From a virus, in IMG/VR virus record IMGVR_UViG_3300031603_000001, positions 1-64,000 of that record: DNA of 64,000 nt; one strand, 5' to 3'. This document shows, one piece after another, positions 52,034-63,122 of this stretch. Positions within the stretch are counted from its first letter, which is position 1, and each line of letters opens with the position of its first letter. Under the pieces are notes generated by a model, which was given only the letters and a program-made list of their open reading frames with translations, made no database searches and was not told the origin of the DNA. A program made the translations under genes and the position numbers.

Positions 52034-55000
52034 ATGACTGACATCATACCTAGTTCGCAATATCTTCCAACGGACGTACGAACACCACTAACAGCTGAAT
52101 ACCTGAACGGGATCTACGATCTTATCAATACAGGTAACAACGAATTTGACGTAGTACGTCTCCTGAAATCAAATACAGAAGTTATCTGGTATGACTCAGT
52201 AGCCGAAACATTTTCACCAAGTACCATTACCTTGATTAATGCTACAATCTGGGACAAGTCCGCACTAGGCCCCGGCGAAGTACACCACTGGGCATGTAGC
52301 CAGGCAGGCGCATTCGGAGGATTAGACTCCGACGATATAGTGACCTTCGTACCTAGTGGTACACCTACTATACCTGCATCCGGAATCTTACCGTATAAAT
52401 TCACACTAGATGTTGGCGCAGATGTTGGCGCAGGCCTTGTAGACGGAGAAGCAAGTCTGTACATCCCTGTATTAGACAAGCAAGCACTACTTGAGATCAT
52501 CGATGAGCCTATCACACGATTCTGGATGCCTACAGTAGACCAACGCCTGCCTAATACCAACTCACAGATTTCACGCTTCACTGCACTAAACCTAAGTACT
52601 ATTCCTATTGCTAAACAAGAAGCAGAGACCAGTCGTTGGAAGGTACTTGATGATGTTGGAGCAGAGCTGTTACCCGGAGCAGATTACAGTCTTGTCACTG
52701 GGAGTCATCTTGGAATACCTGACACAACCTTTGAAGACAGAGACTTTACCTTAGGACTATTCGATTTCTGGGACGGTACCCGTACAGAAGTGGCGGGAGG
52801 CTGCTCAATTGCGGCGGGGGACAACGCGACAAACCTAAGGTACTCTCCTACTTCATCTAAAGTACCAGTACAGAGCTACGATGTAGTACCAGGGGAAGTG
52901 ACAACGCTTACCTATAGGTACTTTCTAGTCGGGAACACCACAAATTTAACCATCGAAGTTAACGCGGATGACGTAGTTCTGGACGGAGAAAATGTGCTAG
53001 CAGGTTGGAACACTGTTAACGTACACTCACGGTTCTGGGCCGGAGGTGTGTCTATAAAGTTTACCAATGATGATGCAACAGACCCTATTGTCATTAGTGA
53101 TTCAGAATATATATGGGCCTATGAAGATATAACTACTAAACTTGAATTAGATTTCGCAGCAGAAGGTAACTACTCAGTTAAACTAGAAGCTACCGTACCG
53201 GCCTGGACTACTCCGGACCTTGAAATGACTCAGCCTATCAGCCTTAAACCTGCATACGATGAGATCAAACTAGCAAACGGCGGAATAGTAAGCAGACCGG
53301 CATTCGTTACATTATCTAATGGTACTGAAAGCGAAGCTAACACCGACATGCCTATACCATTTGATACAGGAGAAACCTATTTAGAGGTAGCCTGGGGCAT
53401 TGAAGGCCCTGATGGGGCAGTCACATTAACAGGCCCTGTACAAGAAGTAGCAGCTAACACTAAGACTGTCAAGCGTAATCCAAAAAGCGAAGGTAAATAC
53501 GGTAAAACTGTAGAAACTTCAGAAGTAATCAAGACTAAACAAATAGGGATCAAACCTGGTAAAACTACACAGCTGTACAAATTCACAAGTGCATTGATCA
53601 CAGCAGACTACACCGGACAGTACGTGTACTTCAACAACCTAGACACCCCGTGTAAGATTGTTGGATATGAGAACTCAATCAACATCATTGAAGTTCCTAC
53701 AACATACTTCGGAACAAGCGCATCCTGGCCATTACAATCCTTAACGTTTACACTTAGTCCTGCGTGTGAACGAGTGAACGTAGACGTCGAATGGACATAC
53801 CAAGGCAATATATATACTCGTAGCAAAACAGTAAGACGCGAACGAGCAGCCGTAGCTAGTACCTTCACACGTTTCTATGACATCCCAGCAACAGCAGATG
53901 TTACTGCCCATATAACTACGGCTACTGGCTTAAGTTATGCAGCACGTCTCACATCCACATTGTTTGACCAATCATACGCGGTACCCGCTGCCCCCGCTTT
54001 AGCAAATATTAGCATAAACGGAACAACCTATGGCGTTATGGTTAAATTCCCCAAGATTGCAGAAGCACTTGGTTACCTATGCCGTTCCTACGAAGTATGG
54101 GAAGCAACGGAATCAGCTGAACACACAGTATTTGTTGAGCAACCAGAAGCAGTAAGTAGCTTATGGGTAATGATACCTATCCCCGTAGACAATGGGCGCG
54201 CAGTAAGTGTAGACCTTTACACAGTTGGCGCAGGCAATGTGCTCTCTGTGGCCACTACAATAGCAGGCACTGGCGGGTCTCTGACCATTGATGATACAGG
54301 GTTTACTTTTCCATGTGGCACTATTGACATTAATAATGCGTACCTAGCTTCCTACCTACGTACACAGATATCGGACAGTACTGTTCATAATAAAGAAACA
54401 GTAGCAAAGACTATGAATATCACAGTGCACAACCATGCTAGTAACATCCACATCACACGTGTCAAGGCACATATCATAGATATACCATCAGACGCGGAAG
54501 CTACCACTGCCAGCGCAGTCATAGATACTATCTCTGACTACTCCGCCACAGTAGCAGGTACTGTTAAGATTGAATCAGCAGGACACCCTTTCTCTACAAA
54601 CGACACAATAGCCGTTGGTGGAACACTATTCACTAATGGTACATATCTTATTACTAAGATTGATGCTAATAACTTCTACTTCGTAGCAACCTACACAGTA
54701 GGTGAATACCAAGGCGGAGCTATCGCACAAGCAGAGGTAAAGAAAGGTTACCCACTGGTTCTAGCAATAGATGGTATCGATGTATTCAAATACATCTGGC
54801 CTGAGATTTACCAAACAGGTTACTTTGAATACCCAGTTGACATATACGTACCTGCCTATGAAGACATTCGATTAACAATGTACTTTCAGGACTGGTATAA
54901 ATACCCTACAGGAGTTAGTTATGCATCTCCTAATAGTGCTACACTGAAGGCAACCTTCATGTATGATTACGACCGTAACGTTACGATCGAAGCTAAGGAA

Positions 55001-55114
55001 GAGACACCAATCTTCAAGGTACCTGCATATCAAACTGTTAAGCTTGCCGCTCCTGAGGCACCTAGCACTCCAAGTAGTCCTAAGGCTCCTGAAGCATCAA
55101 ATGACGCCTCCTAA
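52034..55114 (+). CDS. Large beta-rich baseplate/fibre-anchoring structural protein
   Basis: AAGGA RBS; 1026 aa of beta-sandwich-type sequence; contains a GHPFSTNDTIAVGG...NG...IDANNF beta-barrel. Confidence 0.55.
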   Translation: MTDIIPSSQYLPTDVRTPLTAEYLNGIYDLINTGNNEFDVVRLLKSNTEVIWYDSVAETFSPSTITLINATIWDKSALGPGEVHHWACSQAGAFGGLDSDDIVTFVPSGTPTIPASGILPYKFTLDVGADVGAGLVDGEASLYIPVLDKQALLEIIDEPITRFWMPTVDQRLPNTNSQISRFTALNLSTIPIAKQEAETSRWKVLDDVGAELLPGADYSLVTGSHLGIPDTTFEDRDFTLGLFDFWDGTRTEVAGGCSIAAGDNATNLRYSPTSSKVPVQSYDVVPGEVTTLTYRYFLVGNTTNLTIEVNADDVVLDGENVLAGWNTVNVHSRFWAGGVSIKFTNDDATDPIVISDSEYIWAYEDITTKLELDFAAEGNYSVKLEATVPAWTTPDLEMTQPISLKPAYDEIKLANGGIVSRPAFVTLSNGTESEANTDMPIPFDTGETYLEVAWGIEGPDGAVTLTGPVQEVAANTKTVKRNPKSEGKYGKTVETSEVIKTKQIGIKPGKTTQLYKFTSALITADYTGQYVYFNNLDTPCKIVGYENSINIIEVPTTYFGTSASWPLQSLTFTLSPACERVNVDVEWTYQGNIYTRSKTVRRERAAVASTFTRFYDIPATADVTAHITTATGLSYAARLTSTLFDQSYAVPAAPALANISINGTTYGVMVKFPKIAEALGYLCRSYEVWEATESAEHTVFVEQPEAVSSLWVMIPIPVDNGRAVSVDLYTVGAGNVLSVATTIAGTGGSLTIDDTGFTFPCGTIDINNAYLASYLRTQISDSTVHNKETVAKTMNITVHNHASNIHITRVKAHIIDIPSDAEATTASAVIDTISDYSATVAGTVKIESAGHPFSTNDTIAVGGTLFTNGTYLITKIDANNFYFVATYTVGEYQGGAIAQAEVKKGYPLVLAIDGIDVFKYIWPEIYQTGYFEYPVDIYVPAYEDIRLTMYFQDWYKYPTGVSYASPNSATLKATFMYDYDRNVTIEAKEETPIFKVPAYQTVKLAAPEAPSTPSSPKAPEASNDAS

Positions 55115-56594
55115 AATACCCAGCTCACTATCAATTCGGATAGTAGATAATTATAACCAAGGCAACGGTGTTCCCATCGCTGCCCTGGTTGATTACAATA
55201 AGAAGGATCCACAAATACTGGACTTCCCTGAACCTACTATCATGGAACGCACTATACAAGAGGACGCTACAGGAAAGTTTGTTACACTACCTTATACCGC
55301 AGCTCAGGATATTACGTATGCAATTGGTACTGAATCCATCCGAATGAAATACACACTTCCAGAAGGTAGTATACAGTTCGCTAAGGCGTACATCCCAGAG
55401 ACTTATAAAGAAGTATTCTTCCAAACGAAAGGCCGCTACCTATACGTACCTGTAAGTGTTCACACAGGTGCACTGTTAATCCGATACCAAATACTTAACG
55501 GAACTACATCAGTAAGTGGTGAGGCCCTAATAGACCCCGTGCCTGAAGAAACAGTAGAAGTTGACCTAGGAACCACTCGGCTAAGTATAAGTACCGCTAC
55601 AGTACTAAGTACTACCACTGCTTATCCATTACGTATTACAATTTCCCCAGCAAAGCGTGTCCTTATTAAAGTACACACACCATCAGCCTACCAAAAACAT
55701 TCCCTGACTATCAAGAATCAAACACATGTAATTGTAGACGACAAGCCTTACTTCATTTTAGGACTCAAGAGCATAGCAGGCGGCACTCGTCCGAAGTATG
55801 TTATAGATGAAGTTCCTATCATCTTAACTAACGGCCTCATTAAACTAGATAGTTCCGACTGCATACTAGACGCTGGTCTACAGACATCAATGACTAACTT
55901 CATAGCCAACGGTGGAGTACTAGTCAAAGTGAATGGACTGGTTGTGTCGGATATAGAACTAAGCTCGTACAGTAACATTGACGGTATCGTACAAATCAAA
56001 AAGCTACGTATCACAAACGAAGATACTATGACAATTAGTTATAAAGTTAGTACAGCCTGGAGTACTCTTACTGAGAACTTAAACCCTTTGTACATAGAAG
56101 CAACTGGAGTAGACACACCTGAGAAAACTAGAAACCTAGTTGATGGGGACTTAGAATTAGTTATACAAGGTGACATCTTATTCCACAGATACACACAAAA
56201 TAACTACGAACTCCACGAAGCAGGCATCTACGAAACAGTAACATCTCCTACCATACACGACCTTAAGCTAGCGACCATTCATCTTGACCGTACTGAGCCC
56301 GAAGTGATAGACCTAAGGGTTGAATCAACAGGAGTACTAGACAAGACTATAGTTGATTGGAGAAGTCACGTAGGATCAGGCTTCTGGGGTGGCGAAGCTA
56401 TACCGCCTAATGTGATAATGGTACGACTAACATCTACAATATCACGGCTGGTACGTAGCAACCCCGATGGATACGAAACATATTTCAATACCTTCCTAAC
56501 TCCCCTCGTTGGCGTAGGCAGCTACGTCATCATCCTTGACAGCCTAGAGCATGTACTTTACTACCACGAGGATATCTTCCCTAATGAAGCATAA
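55101..56594 (+). CDS. Virion structural protein
   Basis: Likely start is ATG 55101 (MTPPKIP), overlapping the previous stop. The track's first 46 aa lie deep inside the upstream gene. Confidence 0.55.
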   Translation: MTPPKIPSSLSIRIVDNYNQGNGVPIAALVDYNKKDPQILDFPEPTIMERTIQEDATGKFVTLPYTAAQDITYAIGTESIRMKYTLPEGSIQFAKAYIPETYKEVFFQTKGRYLYVPVSVHTGALLIRYQILNGTTSVSGEALIDPVPEETVEVDLGTTRLSISTATVLSTTTAYPLRITISPAKRVLIKVHTPSAYQKHSLTIKNQTHVIVDDKPYFILGLKSIAGGTRPKYVIDEVPIILTNGLIKLDSSDCILDAGLQTSMTNFIANGGVLVKVNGLVVSDIELSSYSNIDGIVQIKKLRITNEDTMTISYKVSTAWSTLTENLNPLYIEATGVDTPEKTRNLVDGDLELVIQGDILFHRYTQNNYELHEAGIYETVTSPTIHDLKLATIHLDRTEPEVIDLRVESTGVLDKTIVDWRSHVGSGFWGGEAIPPNVIMVRLTSTISRLVRSNPDGYETYFNTFLTPLVGVGSYVIILDSLEHVLYYHEDIFPNEA

Positions 56595-58221
56595 TGAAAT
56601 TAGAGCAAGAGAACTACGGGCACTGGCTAAAACTATGGCCAGCCAATTTGGTATCCGAAATCCTTTAGATGTAAAGGCACTAGAGCGGGAGCTCCTGGCT
56701 AAGTACAGTAATGGCGCACGCCTTACTAGCCAGTACGCTGCCTCTAACAAAGCAAGCTCAGCTAAGTTTCGCAGCGATGTACGTAACGTTCTGATTGACC
56801 TTATAGCGACCTATGGACATATAGAAGCTATTGATAAGAACTACGCAAGTTTAGAAGACAGTGTCCGCAGCCTAATCGATAGGTTTGACTTCCAACTAGA
56901 AGCTATCCTATCAGGCTTAGTAAATAGTGACACCGATAACACCCGGCACATACGTGGTAACGATCTCTTCGCTAGCCTAGACGCAGCGTCTAACCTGGAA
57001 CAGGTACACGGCAAACTGCGCCCAGCATATGAGCGTATACCTGTAGGCCTATTCAACACCGTTGATATCTCTACGGTAGTTTACCCAGAGCCTGGCTTAA
57101 ATAACGAAGTACTTAGCGTGACAACCGGTAACATTAAGTCTATAATTAGAAGCGGCCTAGCGTCTAAGACGTGGTCCGTTGATGTTTATACTAAATCACC
57201 GCCAAAATTTGACCTACTTGTTAGCGGACTTGAAAGTATTACAAACACTGCTCTCGACGCAACAAATTTAACAGGTATCATACAAAAGCTTACGTTCGAT
57301 TTTTCTGATACCTCTGCGATCCTACCAACTGAGATGGAGTTACGCTTCCAGCAGAAGGTTAACATCATCGGTGTTCTGGTAGACGGAGTAGTACATACAG
57401 ACTCAACAGGGTATCCGGTCACTACTATAAATGTAAGACGTGACCATCTTATTCCCCTTCCGGGAAGTTCTGTTAATTTAGTCTCGGTATACGTACACGT
57501 ACCCAACTTTACAGATCAGATCCCATACGCTGATATCTTAGCGGATCAGTTCATCTCAGACGAGGTGTACACAGGTGCAATACTAAACCCTGATGGGTTT
57601 GTAGCAGACATCGATCGACCTGACTACTATCATTACGAGCTAGGCATCTACAACATGAAGCTCAGAATAGCTGCTACTGAACCAGGTACAGGTACTACTA
57701 AAGTATTCGAGAGCTACTCCGGTGCTTTATCAGACGCATCCTTTATCCACTTTGGCAAAGGCCTTATGGATAACAATATTAATGTAACACCCTATTGGCA
57801 TGTGCCGGGAGACGTTCCGACTACGACTAAGCCAGTGGATCCTACTCCAGTACGGGAGAGCTACACTAACGTTACTCTCCCCGAAGAGTTTACCTCAGTA
57901 CTCCTAGACATAGTCCCTTACGTAACTACAGGAGACGCTGTAGCAGTGCAGCTTACCACTGGTGACACAGGGACCCCAATAGACATTGAATTCATTACAG
58001 CACCGAACGACGAGATCCCTCAGTTCTCTCTAGACGATTCTTTGCAGTGCTTCCTCATAGGCGGCACATTGATCTTCAAGTCAGGCATAACCCTGGCTGA
58101 AGAAGAAACACTATCGATTACATATGACGTTCTCCTAACAGGCGTCCATTATGAGATTGAGCATGCCCCAGAGGCTTGGACAGGATCATACACGGTTACC
58201 ATTCATGACAATATCCAGTAA
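56584..58221 (+). CDS. Virion structural protein (helical N-terminus plus beta domain)
   Basis: Likely start is ATG 56584 (MKHNEIR); N-terminal helix pattern shared with the ORFs at 58205 and 63122. Confidence 0.55.
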   Translation: MKHNEIRARELRALAKTMASQFGIRNPLDVKALERELLAKYSNGARLTSQYAASNKASSAKFRSDVRNVLIDLIATYGHIEAIDKNYASLEDSVRSLIDRFDFQLEAILSGLVNSDTDNTRHIRGNDLFASLDAASNLEQVHGKLRPAYERIPVGLFNTVDISTVVYPEPGLNNEVLSVTTGNIKSIIRSGLASKTWSVDVYTKSPPKFDLLVSGLESITNTALDATNLTGIIQKLTFDFSDTSAILPTEMELRFQQKVNIIGVLVDGVVHTDSTGYPVTTINVRRDHLIPLPGSSVNLVSVYVHVPNFTDQIPYADILADQFISDEVYTGAILNPDGFVADIDRPDYYHYELGIYNMKLRIAATEPGTGTTKVFESYSGALSDASFIHFGKGLMDNNINVTPYWHVPGDVPTTTKPVDPTPVRESYTNVTLPEEFTSVLLDIVPYVTTGDAVAVQLTTGDTGTPIDIEFITAPNDEIPQFSLDDSLQCFLIGGTLIFKSGITLAEEETLSITYDVLLTGVHYEIEHAPEAWTGSYTVTIHDNIQ

Positions 58222-59281
58222 AGATATCACATCAGCATATCAATCTGCTTTAAAAGAGTTCCAAACAGAGAAGCTCAACTCAGCTGACCAAAAGCTGTAC
58301 GCTATCCTGTCAAAACTTCACCAACTATTTGAATCGGAAGCCTACTATCACATGCCGGTTGACGGAGAGATAGGTGATACTAATACACTTGACGTAATAT
58401 TTCGTGCATTATATACCAGCCTAGGCAAGGCCACTAGTACTCTATCAGTTATCGATCAGAAGATTGCTAAGCTGGAAGGTAACTTAGATCCTTCCGAACT
58501 AGAAGAAGTAATTGCAGGCATCAAAGCGCAGATAGCTAATCGATTACTCCGTACCGGAGGCAAGGGAGTGCACCGCACTACTCGCATCTTCGATATCCCA
58601 GTCACCCTAGACTCGGAGTCAGAAGTGTCCCCTCCTATGGGTCTATTAAAAATTGTCAATGCCGATGGTCTTACCCATCCGGTTAAGGGCTCTATCCAGA
58701 CACACCAGTCCACTCCTATGGATGTAATACCCCCTGACGTCACGTCCAGTGTTGTACCAAACATCACTGACTCTAAAATTCAATTGATCAGTCGTACAGG
58801 TGAGCTTACCTTAGAAGGTCTGAATGAATACATCACCAGCCAGAACCTAACGGTTAACCACTTGACCCTTACACCGGGTGTCGTGTCTCCATTATATGCT
58901 GACGCTAACACAGACGCTATCAAGCTGAGCTCTACATTAGAGGAGCCATCGATTATATCTTTAATAACTACACCGCTCCCTGAGGTGCTCTTCACATCAG
59001 TGCAGCTGTTCTCATTGGATGGAGACGTCTTCACATACACAGACGTGCCACCCTTGTTATTCGTAGATAATCCTACAGATCTTATCACAAAAATCGTGTG
59101 GAACGTGAACATCTCATCGATACCAGAAGAGACACTAGGCGGCCACTACATTGGGCAGCTCCTTACACTTGGTGACAGTAACAACAACATCATTACATAT
59201 GCACAACTTAAGGATGCAGCAGCAGAGGCCTTAGCTTCCGCAGCATCTAGCAGCGACCGCTCTGGTAAGGACGAGAAATAA
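58205..59281 (+). CDS. Virion structural protein (paralogous N-terminus)
   Basis: Likely start is ATG 58205 (MTISSK), overlapping the previous gene end. Confidence 0.55.
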   Translation: MTISSKDITSAYQSALKEFQTEKLNSADQKLYAILSKLHQLFESEAYYHMPVDGEIGDTNTLDVIFRALYTSLGKATSTLSVIDQKIAKLEGNLDPSELEEVIAGIKAQIANRLLRTGGKGVHRTTRIFDIPVTLDSESEVSPPMGLLKIVNADGLTHPVKGSIQTHQSTPMDVIPPDVTSSVVPNITDSKIQLISRTGELTLEGLNEYITSQNLTVNHLTLTPGVVSPLYADANTDAIKLSSTLEEPSIISLITTPLPEVLFTSVQLFSLDGDVFTYTDVPPLLFVDNPTDLITKIVWNVNISSIPEETLGGHYIGQLLTLGDSNNNIITYAQLKDAAAEALASAASSSDRSGKDEK

Positions 59282-61056
59282 TGAATGAATTCAACTTTCA
59301 AGAAACAAACCTACAAGCAGACGGCTTCTCAGTAGAGTGGACCCTTCCAAGTGGTTATGAGTACGAGCACCATCTTAAACAATGGACCGTTACTGTATAC
59401 ACAGGAGAGACAGGTGCAGATACTGTCATAGCAGCTGCTGTACTTAGCGCTACTCACACAACTTTAAGTATAACAGTGGCACCATACACTGAGTATAATA
59501 TAGGACTTACCGCAGATTTCGAAGAAGAGATACGTGATGAGGATCCGTATGACGGCAGTAGCTCTTCCGAAACATACGCCTGGTCTTCTGACGAGGTACT
59601 CATTACATTCTCTACCTTGGATAGTATTGTAGCACCTCTCGTTGCAGTAGACGGGGACTGGCCTAACTACTCAGATTATATGGCTGGTAATCTCAACCTT
59701 AAGGTTACGCTACCAGACGACTATGTATCAAGTTCAATAACTAACTATGTTATACAGTACAGATCTGTATCAAATGGAAACGTATGGACTACTCTATCAT
59801 TCTTCTACCGTGATGACTTACTGGCATCCTTCCCGGATCCAATCCAGCTAGCACTAACAGACATGGACCCGGCTATGTCTCATGAATTTCGTGCAAGGAT
59901 GACTACAGCCCAGGGGGTATCCCAAGGAGCAGTGCTCACTATATACCAACCATCTCGAAAGACCTCAGCTATGAAGTCCTTTCCATATGTGTTAGCAATA
60001 CCAACATCCTTAGCCACACCAAGCTCTGTCTTTATAGGTAACCTACCTGCAGGGACTGTGTACAACCCGTACGAATCCTCGACACTACCTGGTGATCTGC
60101 AAGAATGGATCTACAAAGGTGATGCTCTATACGATTCAGTAGCAGTAAAGCTGTACCATAGATCGGTTGCAGCACAACCTTCACGCTACTACCCAAATGT
60201 AGTAGCCAACCCTACAATAGTGAATAGCCCATTACTGCATGCCGGTGGATCTTTCAGTACAGCAGATTTCGAAGGGCGATGGTGGGACCTAAGTACTGCA
60301 GAAGTAGTACGTTGTTACGCACCGGTAGTTAACTTCGCATTCAACGGAGCCAACCATCCATTCATACCAGTCAACTCTGTGATGCCTACAGAGGGTAGCT
60401 GGGATTGGCCAACGGCCCTACTTGATTATGAGTGGGCAGAGGAGATCGGCGACATCGCTTCTCCAGAAGACCACGCAGTGATAGGTATTTGGCAGTACGG
60501 GTATAAGGATACCCCTATGACAGGTGTACATTACGTAGACAATGTTGCTACCGAACTAGTAGGAAGTGTTCATGAACAGTATGTAAGATACCTAAGCGGT
60601 ATGTCTACCGCGGCTATCGATTACAAAGTGTATGTCTTCATCAAACATGACAACCTTTTAACAGATGTGTTCAAATTAATAGAGGAAGATGCCACCATCC
60701 ACACCCTATCAGAAGAGGCTGCTGACATAACATTAAATGGAGAACAGGGCAAGCTGTTCAGTGCTACACTTAACGCATCACCTAGGGTAAACAATGGAAC
60801 ATTCAGCATCGAAATGGACATCCAATCTCAACAATTCAGCGTGGAAGATGCGAGCTCGCATTCCTTCGGAAACTTCTCCTGGCCGCAGGATATCCTACAC
60901 GTACCGTTCAACAATCATAATGGACCATTCTATATGGACTCCGGGGCAACGATTACAGTTGTCGCTCCGGCTAGTCCCTACTCGGACGCATCGTCTCAAG
61001 CAATGATAATTGAATTTGAACTCACTAACCCTTACCCACAGCCAGTATTAGCATGA
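59281..61056 (+). CDS. Structural protein with two N-terminal fibronectin type III-like domains
   Basis: LQADGFSVEWTLP...APYTEYNIGLTA and LNLKVTLP...YVIQYRS...WTTL...LTDMDPAMSHEFRARMTTAQG are FN3 patterns. Confidence 0.65.
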   Translation: MNEFNFQETNLQADGFSVEWTLPSGYEYEHHLKQWTVTVYTGETGADTVIAAAVLSATHTTLSITVAPYTEYNIGLTADFEEEIRDEDPYDGSSSSETYAWSSDEVLITFSTLDSIVAPLVAVDGDWPNYSDYMAGNLNLKVTLPDDYVSSSITNYVIQYRSVSNGNVWTTLSFFYRDDLLASFPDPIQLALTDMDPAMSHEFRARMTTAQGVSQGAVLTIYQPSRKTSAMKSFPYVLAIPTSLATPSSVFIGNLPAGTVYNPYESSTLPGDLQEWIYKGDALYDSVAVKLYHRSVAAQPSRYYPNVVANPTIVNSPLLHAGGSFSTADFEGRWWDLSTAEVVRCYAPVVNFAFNGANHPFIPVNSVMPTEGSWDWPTALLDYEWAEEIGDIASPEDHAVIGIWQYGYKDTPMTGVHYVDNVATELVGSVHEQYVRYLSGMSTAAIDYKVYVFIKHDNLLTDVFKLIEEDATIHTLSEEAADITLNGEQGKLFSATLNASPRVNNGTFSIEMDIQSQQFSVEDASSHSFGNFSWPQDILHVPFNNHNGPFYMDSGATITVVAPASPYSDASSQAMIIEFELTNPYPQPVLA

Positions 61057-63122
61057 CAATAGTAACTACTACATCACCAGCAACAGGCCTTCGCCTACTC
61101 TCAACTATACAGCGTGAAAGTATTAGCACTGCATCCGCGCAGAGCGATTCTAATACCGTTGCAGCTGAGCACGTAATTGCAACGCTAACCTTATCAGGTA
61201 TAGACACCACTGGAGGTTTTGGAGGATCATATCCCCCTATCGCAGCAGGAACACAACGTACTGTTAGTCTCATGCATAACGGAACTGAAGTATCAGTAGA
61301 AGTATACACAGGTAACATATACCTAGCCGCAGTACCTGCAGCAGAGGTCTTAAATGTACCACCTGCAGACTGGCCCTCTCCTATTGTACGAGCAGGTAAT
61401 AACGCAGCGGCTCCTGTAACATATCCCACTAGATTACCTGTAAGTAATAAAGGAATAGTAGGATGGCTAGAACAGGTACACAATTACCCGACCACTTCCA
61501 TCACAGTCACAACCGGGGTGGCCACCCTTACTAATGTACCAGTATCCTTCGAAGGATCCAACGTAGTAGACGATTACGTTATACTTATCCAGCAAATAGA
61601 TACTGACGGTACAGTAGATGACATTAAATTACTCACTGACCTAGTCACTGATGTACAATATGATTTACATACATACTCAGGAAGTTATCCTTCCGGTATC
61701 ACACCTTTTAGTCTGGCAAGCACGTACGCACCATTGACGGCGCTTGACGCGGACGCCTTAGCTGCACTAGAGACAGCTTACCTAGACTCACGTATCAGAG
61801 CCATTCCACGGAATCTAGATGACCTTGACTATACAACCCTGGCCGACTACGGTCCAGAGTTTAGATTATTTCCAGTAGATGAAGATGACCAGCGCGCGAC
61901 ACTAGAACTACGCGGTTGGTACTTTAATGCTGTGGATCGGAACGGCGCACCAATCGGGACGGTCCCACACAGGTTTAAAGCTACTGCACAGTTACAGAAA
62001 TGGAACGGCGTTGACGCCTTTGCTGATGTAGCAGGACAGACAGTTGTCATTAATGCCACGACCCCGTCCCAGGTACGCCAAGTTTCTTTCGGAGATCTAG
62101 ATCCAGCAGAAGTATACCGAATACACATTATAACTGCAGCCAAAGGTAACACTACAGACGGTGATGGTGATGACGATTACGCATACCATATACCAAGCAA
62201 CACAGGTACAGCTTACACACAAGCTAATGCTGAGCTGGCGATTACTAACCTGTTCTCAGATGTATCAGCAGTTATATCACAAGCAGGCGCTAAATCTTTA
62301 GACTCACCTGCTTTTAGATTACTAGAACGTGTTGGAGCAAACAACACCAGCTACACTATTGCACCTAATGCTACAGACCCTGCTAAGTTTGACCTTAGCT
62401 TTACAGTAAGCGGGCTATCATCAGTCAGTACTTTGACTATTACGTCCGGTACAAACACAGATACATCAGATGTTTCAGCAGTGTCAGAGAAGACTGTTGT
62501 CTTTACAGCACTCACAGAGGCTGAGATTGAAAGCAATTGGAATTTCACTGCAGCATATGGAACATACAATATACAATTCGCCTACACTATAGGCGCAGAT
62601 TCTATAGGGTCCCTTGAGGCTACAGCTGACGGAGTGTTCTCCTTGAGTAACACTGCAGGGGTGACCTCTATATCCATGCTCAATAGTCTGCCGGCAGTAT
62701 ACAGTACCAAGACTATCACTTTAGCAGGTAAGCTCACGGCCAGTAAGGTTCAGTACAGCCAAACATCCACTAGGGATTTGTCATACAATCTACCTACAGG
62801 GCAGATAATCCAAGCCTTATCAATAGAAACAGAAGAGTACAGCCCCTTCGGACCGAACTATATTCAATACAGTATCGTAGCAAACGATATTGAGTATCCT
62901 ATTACTCCGCTAAACCAGGACGGAACCTGGCCTAAGGTATACCATTTTAATAGCACAGTACCTGAAGAGGATAGAGCTGTTATGGTAGGCCAAGGTTTTA
63001 TCGACACAGACGTAGTAGGGTCGTACACAATCAGAATAGGGCTAAGCAGGCCCGCAGGATCCTTATTCACCAGTCCCTTAGTAACAGGGATAGGTACTAT
63101 GGAAATTAGGACGGACAGCTAA
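61053..63122 (+). CDS. Structural protein with an FN3-like domain
   Basis: ATGA coupling; VSFGDLDPAEVYRIHIITA FN3-type end; Thr/Ala-rich beta sequence. Confidence 0.55.
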   Translation: MTIVTTTSPATGLRLLSTIQRESISTASAQSDSNTVAAEHVIATLTLSGIDTTGGFGGSYPPIAAGTQRTVSLMHNGTEVSVEVYTGNIYLAAVPAAEVLNVPPADWPSPIVRAGNNAAAPVTYPTRLPVSNKGIVGWLEQVHNYPTTSITVTTGVATLTNVPVSFEGSNVVDDYVILIQQIDTDGTVDDIKLLTDLVTDVQYDLHTYSGSYPSGITPFSLASTYAPLTALDADALAALETAYLDSRIRAIPRNLDDLDYTTLADYGPEFRLFPVDEDDQRATLELRGWYFNAVDRNGAPIGTVPHRFKATAQLQKWNGVDAFADVAGQTVVINATTPSQVRQVSFGDLDPAEVYRIHIITAAKGNTTDGDGDDDYAYHIPSNTGTAYTQANAELAITNLFSDVSAVISQAGAKSLDSPAFRLLERVGANNTSYTIAPNATDPAKFDLSFTVSGLSSVSTLTITSGTNTDTSDVSAVSEKTVVFTALTEAEIESNWNFTAAYGTYNIQFAYTIGADSIGSLEATADGVFSLSNTAGVTSISMLNSLPAVYSTKTITLAGKLTASKVQYSQTSTRDLSYNLPTGQIIQALSIETEEYSPFGPNYIQYSIVANDIEYPITPLNQDGTWPKVYHFNSTVPEEDRAVMVGQGFIDTDVVGSYTIRIGLSRPAGSLFTSPLVTGIGTMEIRTDS

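Noticed and set aside
800-63070. The many short minus-strand and alternate-frame ORFs in the track
   Set aside because: All lie within long + strand genes with coherent motifs, lack RBSs and show no recognisable domains.
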